From Tubiluchus corallicola (lineage: Eukaryota; Animalia; Priapulida): 64,000 bases of DNA. Where the stretch lies: contig JAQGDQ010000346.1 of NCBI GenBank assembly GCA_030141605.1, positions 101,742 to 165,741 of the forward strand. Reading direction: 5' to 3'. Below, one piece after another: positions 11,931 through 25,373 of the stretch (within the stretch, counting starts at the first letter, position 1; each line of letters begins with the position of its first letter). The notes beneath the pieces are model-generated. The model searched no databases, was not told the DNA's origin, and saw only the letters and a program-made list of their open reading frames with translations. A program made the position numbers and the translations under genes.

Positions 11931-14900
11931 GCTTTGCAAACATTAACACGTTCTAGATTACAAATATTACAATATGTGACAATGATAAAAAGTTGAGCAA
12001 GAAACCTGTATATACAGCATATTAAAACCTGCATTAAAACAACCTAAAGAAAATCGTGTACTCCGTGTTACAGAAACGTACAGAGAATGTAATAAATGTT
12101 ATTCAGACCTGCATGATTCTGTCTTGTTCATATATATGTCATACACGGTTACACTAAATAAGTTAATCCAAATTTTGCAATTCGCTATTTCATCCTTTTG
12201 ATATGTGCACGAATGTTTTTTGCAAACTAAATCATACGTTTCTCTCAATCTACACTGAAGCGCGCATGTGTGTCAGTCTGACGTAATAATGCGGGTAAAC
12301 GTGCCGATCCTGGGTATTAATTAACACTATAAAATATTACACAGAACGACAATAAATTAAATGGCAAAGAACGTTTGCACAGTGCTGCTGCTGTGTGTAT
12401 AAAAGCATTCTCGAAAACACGTGCTTTGCTGTGCAGGCATGCACTTTATGCAGAGCTGTTAATAAGGCAGCAAAATTTGAAGCAGCATGTGGAGAGAGAT
12501 AAACTAAATATAGAAAATGCCGCAATGAAGCCTAAAGCAATGCCAGTGTGTGTGAAATTTGACGTTAAACTAGCTACAGGTTCAAGACCTTGGGACTCGA
12601 AATCGCCTTCCGGTCAATACAGGCGACAAAACGGAAACTGAAACTCAGAATGAAGCCACAAGCTTGTCCTGCATAATTGTACTGATGTAATAGCAAGTGT
12701 CTGAATTGCCTGAATAAACGGGCAGTTTTTGATGGCCTACATCTATATTTAGAAGAAAATGTCACACATTACTGCAGACTAAACCTCAAATATTAGAATA
12801 CTGTATGCTGGTGTGCTAGTTGTATACGCTATACCGTAAGGGGAAATAACACCTTACAATACATCCCGATTCCTGATTTTAATTTGCTAACATACGGAAA
12901 TGGAAACTTACAGTCGAAATCTACGTTAAATCTAAAACATGTAGCACTAATTGTGCTTATTCATAGTCTGGTTTCGAATTAAATAGTATTAATGTAATAC
13001 AATGAAGCATTGTACTTTTTATTTTATTTATACCTATTGTTAACACGCCAGCAGTAAGTAACTCTATTCAGAGTTACACCGAGTTCTGATTGTAAATTCT
13101 GCATGTAATAATGATCGCTGGATTGCATGTGCCTGGGTAATTTATTATCACGAATATCATACCATCAGTCCATTGATTAACTGCTTTAATGATATATACT
13201 TACCATAGAATCGGAATGTTACCATATTTTGTTATACTGCGAGATTAAATACTAAACTGCAGGTAAAGGTTATTACAACTTCACTTGAGCTAGGAACGGT
13301 ATATTAAAAAACTTTCACTACAAGTATTACATATTTAAATTCGCAAAAAAACACTTACTTTTAGGCTAGATTCACTTTAATTGAAAAAATACACGTAGAA
13401 AAACAAAATCGAGTAGAATTCACTGTATTTTAGTTCAGTATGCATGTTCGTTTACCCATGAATGTCCTTGTACGTTTACAACTCAGGGCTGAGCCATGAA
13501 TTCTAATATCCTTTACCACCATATGTGACTAAACTTGGTAATAGGCGCACCTTGAGCTAAGGGATGTGGGCGGGGCTTGATTGTGACGTGTACGCACAGG
13601 CATTTTCAAAGAGAACCGGATCCCAGGTACCACTCTGCGTCAGAATTCTTCAAGCTGCCCAAAGTTCATGCTACATTGACCAGCGAAAAATTCCTTTCAT
13701 GAGCGTCGACGCCGCAACTCTGGACTGAGTTTAAAATGAAGTACATGTATGTCCCTGTTATACATAAATACAATGTTGTACACGCACAAATTAAGTGAGC
13801 TTTTTATAATGAACTGAGAAACACGCTACACACAGCTTATTGCAAGAATTATACCAAGGGCCTGATTATCCAATAGGCTTATGGCCCCTCAAACTTAGGG
13901 ATCCCTCTAGCTTTAGTAACATTTGGTAAAAAAATCTGTTTTTACTACGGTTGTGTAAGTTTATTTGCAAAAAAATCGTAAAATGGCTGTATTTCTTAAA
14001 GAATTATTTTACTGTCAAGCGAAAGAGAGCCTGTTCTACTTTGTTTCAAGAATTTGCAATAAGTTTACTTCAAGATACGTAAATGTCGCTAAAATATATC
14101 ACGAGTAAAAAATATTCAAAATGGGTGCAGGCGAGGTAGAGGACGGAATCGTCTATGACGCACCTGTCTACCAACCAACTGATGCGTCGACCAGTTGTGG
14201 ACATTGTTGCGCCTGATACAATTGACCGTCAGTTTGTATTTTTGTGTCATCATCATTTACGTTGCTTTTATGTTCTAAAACATGGCACTTTCCACCATTG
14301 ACGCCAAGCAATCCTATCTACCGTCACCGCCCCCGATGCATCATCCCTCAAATCTAGAGTTGTATATGCTAACTCTTTTTGTGGTATATCTACACACGTC
14401 AGTAACTGACCTCCTCTCGGCTGTTGTTTCAAGAGGTTTATGTAATATTATAAGAAGAGGAGATTGTTAATGTACTCTTAGTGCATGCGCAAGCCGATGT
14501 CGTCTTCTTACTTGGATTTGTTTACTCCAAGGGTTTTTTCACCACATCATACAGATCATCATTGGATTAACTGTCAAGCCACTTAACGCCTTACAGTTTT
14601 TATAGAGACGTCATTTTTTCTGCTAACATAAATTAAACATTGTGTAATATATATCAAATGTTTAAAATGTTTGTAATTTTAGGCGTATTTTTATACGTTT
14701 TAGCACTCTACAAACCGAGATTCAAGCCCTACCGATTACTTTGACAAAACTAAATCCTAGCCAATTGACAAAGGATATACCACCAAGTTTACGAAGAAAT
14801 ATTAAGATGTTTTAGCTAGATTTAGATGCGAAGTCTCAAATCGGAGTAATTTTCTACACGTAAAATAACTAGCAAATATAGAACAAAGTCAAATAATTAT

Positions 14901-15878
14901 AGGATGTAAGCGTATGGACTCAATTATTATCCGAACACAATTTAACTTTTATGTCAGTGGAAAGAGGGCTACATTATTCGTATGTGAATGTGCTTGCTTA
15001 ATACAGAATGCAATACATACTTACTTTTACAAAATTTAAAACTGGAACAAGCCTCAAACTTTTATTTCAGTGTCAGTCAGTATTCATGGTATTCTACTGC
15101 AAACTCCCTTGCCATGAAATTTTACCTAACGTTTTGCCACATTACTAGTAAATTAAGTTTTAATACTGACTCACAGGTGACGCCACACTGCAGGCGCCTC
15201 ATTATGCGAATAATAAAAGCCCAGCTTTTGGACTGGTTTAATTTTTTTATTCTGGATATGCTGCAGCTTGCAGTTGCTATCACTTATTTATAACACTGCG
15301 TCAGAGTAAGTAAGAAATTATATAAGGCCATACTGCGGGCACTACGCGAATAATTATTTTATTACTTGCAGGCTTGAGTCTGCGTACAGTACTTTGTAAG
15401 CGTTACATCACGCTTACTCCAAGGCCAATACTGTTATTTTCCATCTATAGCCTTAACTGCAGGGTAGATCCAGTTTGCAGTCTGTGTTACCATTTGACCC
15501 AATTTAAAATCAGAATTTTGCCAAATCGATGACGATGAAGTAGCTACGTTAACGAGTCTCTTTCTGGCTTTTTGTGAGCCCTAAGCAGCTTCTGGAAAGT
15601 CTTTGCAGTTATTAGCCAAAATTTGTGATGTTTCGTAGTGAACAGTTGAATTTACAACGTTAAACACGCGAAAAACTAGTCTTTTTTGAGATTGTTACAA
15701 GCGCTGATAGATTAAAACTCCAGGCAAAAGTGAATAGCTAATCTCTATAGTTCCAAAGTGCGAACATTGGTAAATAACATCAGTCAGTGATACTTATATG
15801 TGTGTGCACATTTGCGATGTAAACACAGAGTTTATGATTATAGCTTTATTTTAAAATCATTGTAACGATAATGTGAAA

Positions 15879-18800
15879 ATGCCACTCTTGCTGATACCTC
15901 GTTTTCGTGAAATTTCTGTAGCTTTCAAATTTGGAAGATTTTTCCTATCTGGTAACTATGGCAGTAAAGTCAATTACTCAGCTTTTAAAGGAAGCTTCCC
16001 ACGGAAAACTCATCATCAAGCAGGATCAAAGATAAAAACGCCTACTTCGGAAACGTTCCCAGGGAAGAGATGCGCATCTACGACGATAACGGCAAAGGCA
16101 GAGCGTGTTTATGAGGAGGCAAAACCTTTTCGTGAGATTCCTGCCGCACCTGGATTGCCACTTGTTGGCAGTTTATTCTCAGGCAAGTCTTCCTGTTTGC
16201 AAACAATATAATTATTATTATTATTATCAAAGATTAATTAGTTAGTTCAAGGCATTCCTAAGCGTATATTTGTCTACGTAACCTTGAAATAAAGTATTTT
16301 GCGAGGCGTGGTAAACTCAAAAGGTTTGTTATTGAGTCTGCGTAAGATCTTTTTGAAATATGAAATATACATTGTATCAAGACTCATTTTTTTAATTTGC
16401 TAGCTTGAAGTTTAGTCGCTTATTGCAGTAGTTAGGAACATATTTTGACGTACTTGCCACCCTCTGCGGTTGGCTTAATTTCACCTTTCGGTTGGTAATT
16501 TTTTTAAACAGAATTAAGTGTTCTTAAGCATCAGCACTACTCAGTGAGGTTATCAACTTCTGAAAATTGAAATATACGACAGAGGAGTGATGTGTTGTGT
16601 TGAGCCTGAGAGAGAGACAATTTTTTTCAAATTTAATCTTAAGGTACGACTCCATGTGCACATAATGCGTGATCCGTACTCATTCTATTTCAGTTTTTGA
16701 TAGGTGGAAGAAGCATGCAGTTATGTGTTGTACATGTAACGGCAGTTTTTTCACTAAATGATGATGCGTGCCATATTGTTCTCTCCCCTACAAAATGTTA
16801 TGCACCCAAAAACTGTGCTTTTTTTCCGTCGAATAGTGCAATAATAAGCTAATGCCGCACCTGTAATTATCACGCTAAAATTTCGACAGAGACATGCTTT
16901 CCAAAAATTATTGCTTGCAGTTTTCACGAATAGCGACCAAAACTGGCGAAAAGAGCGCCGTGAGGTTTGTTAATACACACAACGTTTACGGACACACGGA
17001 GCAGTCAATACGCATCATGCATTACGGATCACTCTCAGCTGATTAGTGTACTATCTTTAAAATGCTAACAATAACCATAACTTTACTAATCAAACTTTAT
17101 CTACATTTTAGCGATGAAGTATTTGAATGGTCGAATGTATCGCTACATGGATATTTTGCACGAACAGTATGGTTCTATCTACCGAATAAGGTTTCCAGGT
17201 TTGGGCTTTCTCATGATAAACGACCCAGACGATATAGCATCATTGATGAGGCAAGAAAGTGAATATCCCGAAAGAATGGAATTTACGCCATTTGTACATT
17301 ATAGAAAAATGAGAGACCTGCAGATGGGAGTTTTCTTAGCGTATGTATAGTCTACAAGCGTAGTCAGCGTTAAGACGCTCATATAAATTATTAATTTTTA
17401 GCGGAAAATAGCCTTTACATGCTAATGGTCCTTATATTTTAAATTGACGTTAAATAAAGTAAACCGTACCTTAACTGTAAGGTTATAAAATCACAAACAG
17501 TTGAAGACTTGAAGTTAGCTTGTGGTAACATTTCTTCTTGTTAATCGATGGCGCCAAGTTGTTTGCTAAAAATATCATATAGCAAAGTGTTTACATTACG
17601 TACTGTGTGAAGCAGAAAAATTACGATTGAACAGGGCGTGACTAATTAATTAATCAATTCATCTCACAATTGACAACTACTTTCCTTATAAACATAGTAT
17701 GCGGGGCTGAGCTTCGCGTTGTTACACCCCTGTAAATCAAAATGTAATAATTTTACCTGCATGAAATTCACAAATTCTATTTTCTGACTAGCAAAAAATA
17801 TTAAATACTTACCTGTTTTACCAGTGCAAAATCTATAAATTTAAGTGTGCCATGATTTCAGTGGTTGCTGGTGATAGGACAAGGTAACTCCCGCCCTCCC
17901 AGGAATTGTCGTCCGACAGTTTACTGTTTCAGGCGTAAATGTGAGGATGTGGTAACCCCTCACTGTAGACTCTTCTTTATGTCTTATGCTTAGCAGCTTT
18001 AACTTGCTTGAAAATGGAGGCTCGTACTATTTACTAATAATAAAGATTTATCAGTTTAGCTAATTACTTATTCAATTCAGTTATAGAGATGTTTTCACCC
18101 TAACAAAACACAGGTTTCAAACAGCTGGTGATTTCAATGTTTACCTTTTAATTAAACAATTACTATTTTATGTTGATTTACTATTACAATTACTATAAGA
18201 TTTTGGGCGGGTCTTATACCGCTCTTTTAACGCTCGTTAATGTCTCCCAGTCGTTTGATTCAAGTAATCTAATCTCAGAATGTGATATACGAACCGAAAC
18301 CTCGCTGGGTCAAAGCTGTGGGTCAAACCTTACAGGGGTTATGACAACTACCCTGGCGGCAAGAACCGGACGACAGAACAATATCTATTTTGAGTTACTT
18401 ATGTCTATTTTGATAACATACCAAACATTATCCAATTTGGCTTCTAGTTTCTGAAGCGAAATGAATCCAACAATTGAAAAAATCAAGGTGATCGACAAAC
18501 ATGAAATACGCTTATTATTCTGCATTCTGATTATTATTTCTGCTCGTTCATTTATTCATTCATTCATTTAATCACTCATTCCATTATTATTCTTCTTTGC
18601 AGTAATGGTGAAGAATGGCACAGGCAGCGCAGAGTGGTGAATAAATACCTATTGAAACCAGCTAACATCAGCTCTTATACTACTGTCCTGAACAAAACTG
18701 CCAAACAGCTGGTAAAAAATATGACGCATGGGCAGTCACTAGAAGGACATGGCGAATTTGTGCCCAATGTCCAAGAGCACCTGTTCCGATGGTCACTAGA

Positions 18801-21800
18801 ATGTAAATACTTAATAATTTCTTTGAACCCAGTGCACAAAACTTTCTATTCTGCACAGAAAATTGAAGCAGCTACCGATCCTCCTTATACCTCATTTAAT
18901 TGCAGACTTGCATGCAAGACTTAAGTCAAGATTACGACAAATGAAAATGCACAGTTTTAGTTTTGCTTTATAATCTTGACTTGTTTTTATTTGCAAATCT
19001 CTAATCATTCAAAAATTCATTATTAATATCGCTTCATAGTTTCTCGTGATCATACTTTTTTTATTAAAATTATTTCTGCCATTAATTATCCTCTTTTAGC
19101 ATGAGAGAGCTATAAAAATATCAATTTTGTTTTAGCACTTTGCGCGGTGTTGTACGATAAGGAACTCGGTTGTCTTGCTGAAGGTTTAGACAGAGAAACT
19201 GAAGCTTTCATCTTCAACACACGCGAGCTGCTCACACATTCAGAGAAACTGTTTATGCTACCCATGCGTTTGTCCAAACTGTTCTACAGGAAGCATTACA
19301 AACGATTTGTGAAAGCAATGGATGTCGCGTTTGCAATAGGTAACGTACAAGATGCATTGTGAGAAACATGTGATTAACTTTCACTTACTTATTTTAAAAT
19401 GGTTACTCAGACAGTCAAATTAAAGTAATTTGCTTAACCTATACACTAACAGCCAAAAGGGTTCATCCCTTACGCAATTTCTTTATTGGGCAGCCATGAA
19501 AATCTGCTCTTTGCTACGGCTAAGAAAGTATGCTTCTTTACTAATTGCCATAAAAGTATGTATACTGTCTACCAACTGCCAATAAAGTCCATTCATTACC
19601 AATAGCACTGGTAGTCTGCTCTTTACCGCCCATGAAAGTCTGCTTTTTACCAACAATATGAAAGTTTGCTCTTTAGCAACTCGCACGAATATCTGCTCTT
19701 TCCAGCACATATGAAAGTCTGCTCTTTACTAACACCTATGAAACCTGCTCTACTAACACCCGTGCTAATCTACTTTTTGCCACCCACGACAGGCCGCTTT
19801 TACCTACACCCAAGAAAGTTTATGGTTTACCAACACGCTCAAATTTATCTTAGCTCAAGGTTACCTATTGGGAAGTATACGCCGTGCCAATAGAGAATAA
19901 TGGAGAATGTCACTTTTATTGTTCAAAATTCAGATTTAGTTAATAAGAAATACCATTTCAATTTGTAAGTTTACTCTCTTTATGAAGAATAAACATTTTT
20001 AGCTAAGAAGCATATCGATGAAAAAATGGACGATGTGATAGACAAAGCGTTCAAGTCGAAAGAAGCGAGTGGTATATTAGCATTTCTTGTAAAGGAAGAG
20101 CTACCAACTGAAGAAGTGTATGCAACAGTAACCGATCTCATGACAGCTGGTGTGGATACGGTAAGAGCAGCTCCATCTCATGTGACGATACTGAGTTATT
20201 GTAGTTATGCGTTCCAATATAAGTAACATAACTCGGATGTTGATATAAGTAATAACAATGCGGTTTATTAATAAAATATTACAATAATAAACGTAGTATA
20301 TGTATAAACGTGGCAACAAGGATTATGAGTTCTGCCGCCACCACCAGATTGCGCGTGACTGATTCTTAAGTCGTTGCGTGACGTCATATTTACGTCACGT
20401 GTTTTGGGAAGGGGTTCCAGCATTAATTTGAGTCTTAGACATGCTCATTTAACGTTTAAATTTGTTAACATGGTTTCAGGCAAAACGTCGTGATTATGTT
20501 ACTGCTCATTCACAGTTCGATCGTATCTAAAACGGTTAAAACTCTATTAACATTTCCTGAAACTTCCTGATTAAAGCAGTACGTTCAATAAAATTTTTCT
20601 GCTACGTGTATTTAATAAAATTGTTTTGCTGGTACTTCCTCGCTCTCTCTCCGCCTGTACAACAAGCCAAAGCAGGACGGCTATAATAGCAACATGGCAA
20701 GTTAATACGGAAGATTACTTCCACAATTAAACAAGGTGGAAACAGAAAAACAAAACCAAAGTACAAAATCGTTGAAAGTGGCACAAATGTAGTGATGCGT
20801 TCCAGTATAAGTAACATAACTTGATGTTGATATAAGTAATAACATTGCGGTTTATTAATAAAATATTATAAGTGTAGTGTACGTACAAGCTTGGCAACAA
20901 GAATGAGGATTTCTGCAGCCACCACCGTATTGGGTGTATGACTAACACTTAAGTACTTGCGTGACGTCACGTGTTTTTGGAAAGGGGTTCTTATTACATT
21001 ATTTTACAATAATAAAAGAACCAAGTCTTCAGTAACCACAATATTAACGCTATTTATTTTACTCAGTAGACATTTATTAAATTACTGCGTAATTACTTTT
21101 CCAAAATAGCGTACATTTTTATTCGACGCTTATTTAATTAATATATTCGTTCGAGGTTCTGAACTAGAGTTTTTTAACCTTTTTTACACTCAGACGTAAA
21201 TAGTATTAATTTGGTAAATTTTGAGTTTTTTAGTGTATTATTCTAGTTGTGTTGTTTTCTCAGTTAATGCTGCTGTATGAATTTCGTGAACTTTCAGACT
21301 TTGACAGGCTAAATAGCTGAGAAACACCAACAAGGAAACAAAGAAAAAGCTTAATTAATGTTAAACCCTAGTTTGTTTTCTCACCAAGTTTCAAGGTTTC
21401 CCCACATTATCGGCTTCGGGAAGCCACTTCATGCTACATCAAAGTTTTTGTACATTGCTAGACATCAACGTCAGTGCAGTGGATCCTGCACATGCTTTCC
21501 AAACATCCAGAAGTTCAAGCAGAAGTTCATAAAGAACTGTTAAGCGTTCTGCCAGCAGATGGCGACAGTGATGTGACAAGCGAACATCTGCAGAATCTAC
21601 CGTATTTGCGTGCTGTAGTAAAAGAAACCCAGCGGTAAGTTGAGAGAGAGAAAGAGAAAGAGGGGGGGTGAGATAGAAAGCAAAATAAATAAAGAGAGAA
21701 AGAGCAAGAGGGAAAGGGAGAGAGAGAAAGGAGAAAGACGTAGAGAGAGAGAGAGAGAGGGGAGAAGAGCAAAAAAGTGGGAAAGAGACAGAGAAAATGA

Positions 21801-24800
21801 CAGGAAGCGAGAAGGGAGAGACAGTGAATGAGAAGATGAGGAAGACAGTTAGAACACAAACATACGTATGGTTTGCCTGATGTTAAAGATATTTTCTTAT
21901 CTCTACAAAACAGTCTTATATTATTATAATAGTCTTATATAAAATAACTCCCATCTGCTGTTTTAATGGCCGTTAAAAAAGCCTGTATTGTTTATTTTTA
22001 ATTTACCTGTGGGCTTGATAACAAAACTAACTTCCAGAAATAAAACTTCCATACTTAAAATAGTAGTTTTATCTAGTCTGGTTTTGTTATTTTTCAGTCT
22101 TTATCCTCCTACTGTTGGTAGTAGTAGAATTACGAAGACGGATTTTATTATTGGCGGTTACCACGTACCAAAAGACGTAAGTACCAGCCAAAGTATACTT
22201 TTGACTACTAATTTACCAAACCCCAAGACAAGTGGACACAAAACAAAAACATAAACAAACCATCTAAATCCCTGTGAATCAGTCTAATGCTGATTGACTG
22301 TTGTGTTTGGAGTATTATTAACCCGGGCGCGAAAATTTCTGAAAAATTTTCGTGTGTTTGCTTAACAGAAACATTTTCGAAATAAATGAAAAACAAAAAA
22401 GTTGAAAATGTCCTTAATGAATTAACTACATTTACTACGTGTTGTTGAAAGGCTGCAATATATATATATATATATAATTTGTAGGGCTGTAATATGTTTT
22501 TATAAATATTGCTCAGATTTGCACATGAAATGTTTGTGAACCACTACAGGAAATATACGACCATCAGCCATTAATTGATCCAAGTATTATCTCTAAAAGT
22601 CAATATTTCAGACCATTTCCTGGTACTTACCGATACTTACTGGTTATACTTGCAAATTAAAATTAATTAAAAAGAAGTGAGAGAAAGCGACACGTACTGT
22701 TAATCAGATAATATAGATTAGATTATTTCTTTATTCATTTCATTTTTGCACACATTTAAGCATCTCTTATATTAATATTCTTGGTATATATATATATTTA
22801 TTTATATATATATAAGATTCGAGGCTACAGCCCGGACGAGGGCACCATTTGCGGCGATCTATACATCAAACGAAAGGTCTCGATCTAGTGTCGTGCCATT
22901 GATGGTTTATTTTTCGAATCGGGCCCACCGGGAGAAAGGGGAGGCGAAAAACCTCCAAAAATGGCCATTTTTCGGCCGTTTTTTGCAAAAGTTATACGGC
23001 TGAGATGTAGAGAACGGGAACGGGCCGAGGGGGGTACTGGGTATGGATAGATAGCCCGTTCAGCGGTGGGTGTAGTAGGCATATTTAGAATTCCCGAGAG
23101 GGCCACGGCGTCCCGCAACGGGCGCTTTCCCGGACCCAACTCGCGATTTTTTCGAAATTTTGACCAAACAGCCTGCGGGAAAAACGTTCTAGCGGCACCC
23201 GGTGGGACTCTCGGGAGGAGATTTATAGCTCTTTACAAAGAGGAAGGACAGGGCTACACGATGATGTGGGTTATATTTTAGGGCAGGTCCACCGAGAGGA
23301 GTACCGACGAGTTAATTAGCTGTTCTATTTTCGGCGATTTTCGCTTAGAAAACGGTTGTGACGAATTCCATTGTGCTGACGTCATCCATTATTGCTTATA
23401 GCTTTAATTCAGCAAAAAGCTGCTTTGCGTTTGTTAAACATACAGTAGGCACGAGTACAGGTTTTGCGTTAGGTAAGTAGGCAGGATGTTACGGGCTTTG
23501 CGTTATACATGAGGACTGTGTAGGATGTTCGCGTGTTATTGATTATACGTGTTTTTTTACGCAAAATCTTTTGCGGGGATTTGCTAGTTAAAAATATTAA
23601 AACATTATACAAAATTTACAAAATGCTAAATCAGTCAGTAATTAAGACAATATTTCATAAGCAGTAGCCATTAACCAATTATTATTGATCTTTACAGACG
23701 ATCGTGTTCTTTTCCACGTATAATACAGGGCGAAATCCGAAGTATTTTAAAAATGCCGACAGTTTCGAACCGGCGAGATGGCTTCGAAAGACCGGAGCTG
23801 CTTCCGAGATTAACCCTTTCACTTCGCTGCCTTTTGGTTTCGGCGTTCGTTCTTGTGTAGGTCGACGACTAGCCGAACTGGAGATGCATCTCCTGTTGGC
23901 TCAGGTAGTTAACGTGTTCATAGATTAGCAAGACTGAATGAATTCAAATCTGTGCGGATAAAGACCGCGTCTGTGTTTATACCTGATGTCCAGTGTTCTT
24001 GACCAATTGAAAGAGGTCACTGTCCACCACACCCCTTCAATGCTTTAAATGCAGCTATGTATGCTGTGAGTTTTCTGTCTCTAACTCCTCTACGTTTGCG
24101 AGTTAACAAGAATTAAAAGAGTGGAAAAGTGGACGCCTAACATAATGAAATGATGATGATGATGGTGATGATGATGATAAAAAACCAGCATATGGGTTCT
24201 CCTACATCATCGACGCTAGCGCTCGCGGATAAAAAGACTGAAATTGCAAAATTTGAAAATAACGTCAGTATATAGATACGCGTTTTCGACAGTAGATGGC
24301 TCTAGTTTCCATTTCTTGCTTGAATGATTGAATCAAAGAGATGGATGGATGGATGGATGGATGGATGGATGGATGGATGGATGGATGGATGGATGGATGG
24401 ATGGATGGATGGGTGAATGGATAGATAGATATAGTTTAATTTTTAAGGACATGATCCACGTAAGATTACATAACAATCAGATATAAATTATCTGTGAATT
24501 ACTACTACTAGGTAACGACACATGCTCTCTTTGAGTTTCCGTTTCAAGCAAAAAACTGTGCAAATTATTTTATTATCAGTAACTATTCCAGTTTGTTCGT
24601 GGTTAACCTACATAATGCGATTAACCTCGATGCTGATCTTTCCAGATAACCGTTTTATTCCTGCCAATGTAAATTATGCTTTATATAATGCACGGTACTT
24701 ACGTACGTCTTAGAACAAAATGCTCGCTTTTTTGTCTGAAAGAAACCTTTTGCAATGCACTGTGCAGAGAAACGAATTTTACAGTAAAAATGAACTATTA

Positions 24801-25373
24801 AGTAGATGGACACATTTATGTCCCATATAGTGGTTTGTCAGAACGACATCCGAGGAATTAGAAACGTCTACATTTACCTCAGTTTGGAAATCGGTTTTCA
24901 CATTCCTTGCAAACAGTGCCATAGATTTAGTCACTTAAAAAGCAGTCAGATTTAGTCACGTAACAATAGGCATAATGGCGTACAGCACTTGTACACAAAA
25001 TTAGTCTAAATCTTCCGTATCAATGTGGGTAATCGCTTGACGAGACTAGTGAGTGAATTTCATCTAAAAAATTGCCATCGCCATATATACGGGTTCAAAG
25101 CATGTCTTCTAGCTTTTCTACAATATAAACTCACCCACAACTCACCCTGGGTCAAAAACTGTTTTTATTGTTTTTAGTTTACGTCGTTTAGTTTAGTTTA
25201 AATTTATTTTTTATCTTTAAAAGTTCCAAGTTGTAACAGTCACTTTTTCTTTTTTGCAGTTGCTGCGAAAATACAAGATCTACCCAGGCATGGCAAAGGA
25301 CGTGAACATAAAGCAAATTTTATTAATGTACCCTGACAAGTCTGTAGATATAAAACTGCAATCTCATTCTTAG
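15879..25373 (+). CDS. Cytochrome P450, mitochondrial clan (CYP27-like), ~555 aa, 9 exons
   Basis: Exons 15879-16182, 17112-17340, 18603-18802, 19136-19339, 20003-20160, 21462-21634, 22098-22176, 23698-23904, 25260-25373 total 1668 nt in frame. Motifs: basic N-terminal leader then [16 protein letters not shown] (WxxxR), AGVDTTS (I helix), KETQR (ExxR), FEPARW (PERF-like), haem loop [11 protein letters not shown]. Intron 1 has a GC donor. Confidence 0.93.
19490..19800. repeat. ~28-bp degenerate minisatellite in CYP intron 4
   Basis: Recurrent catgaaagtctgctctttac-like units, about 10 copies. Confidence 0.8.
20203..20990. repeat. Direct duplication of ~200 bp in CYP intron 5 (20203-20418 and 20791-20990)
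   Basis: Both copies run from gt(t/g)atgcgttcca.tataagtaacataact...gatgttgatataagtaataaca to tgcgtgacgtca...ggggttc. Confidence 0.85.
21640..21850. repeat. GA-rich low-complexity tract
   Basis: Purine-rich (GA)n-like run at the start of CYP intron 6. Confidence 0.85.
22790..23587 (+). mobile_element. GC-rich non-autonomous insertion, Helitron-like, in CYP intron 7
   Basis: Abrupt GC/CpG-rich island after a (TA)n start; ends in subterminal hairpin gcaaaatc...gatttgc followed by CTAG|T. The 5' boundary is uncertain. Confidence 0.5.
24340..24432. repeat. (GGAT)n microsatellite
   Basis: About 17 GGAT units, then GATA units. Confidence 0.95.

Noticed and set aside
22885-23281. GC-rich ORFs suggesting bacterial DNA or a nested gene
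   Set aside because: No recognisable protein motifs; better explained as a non-coding transposon inside an intron.
24188-24225. [11 protein letters not shown] resembling the PLE RT MGSPLSP motif
   Set aside because: Too short, with no supporting neighbouring motifs.
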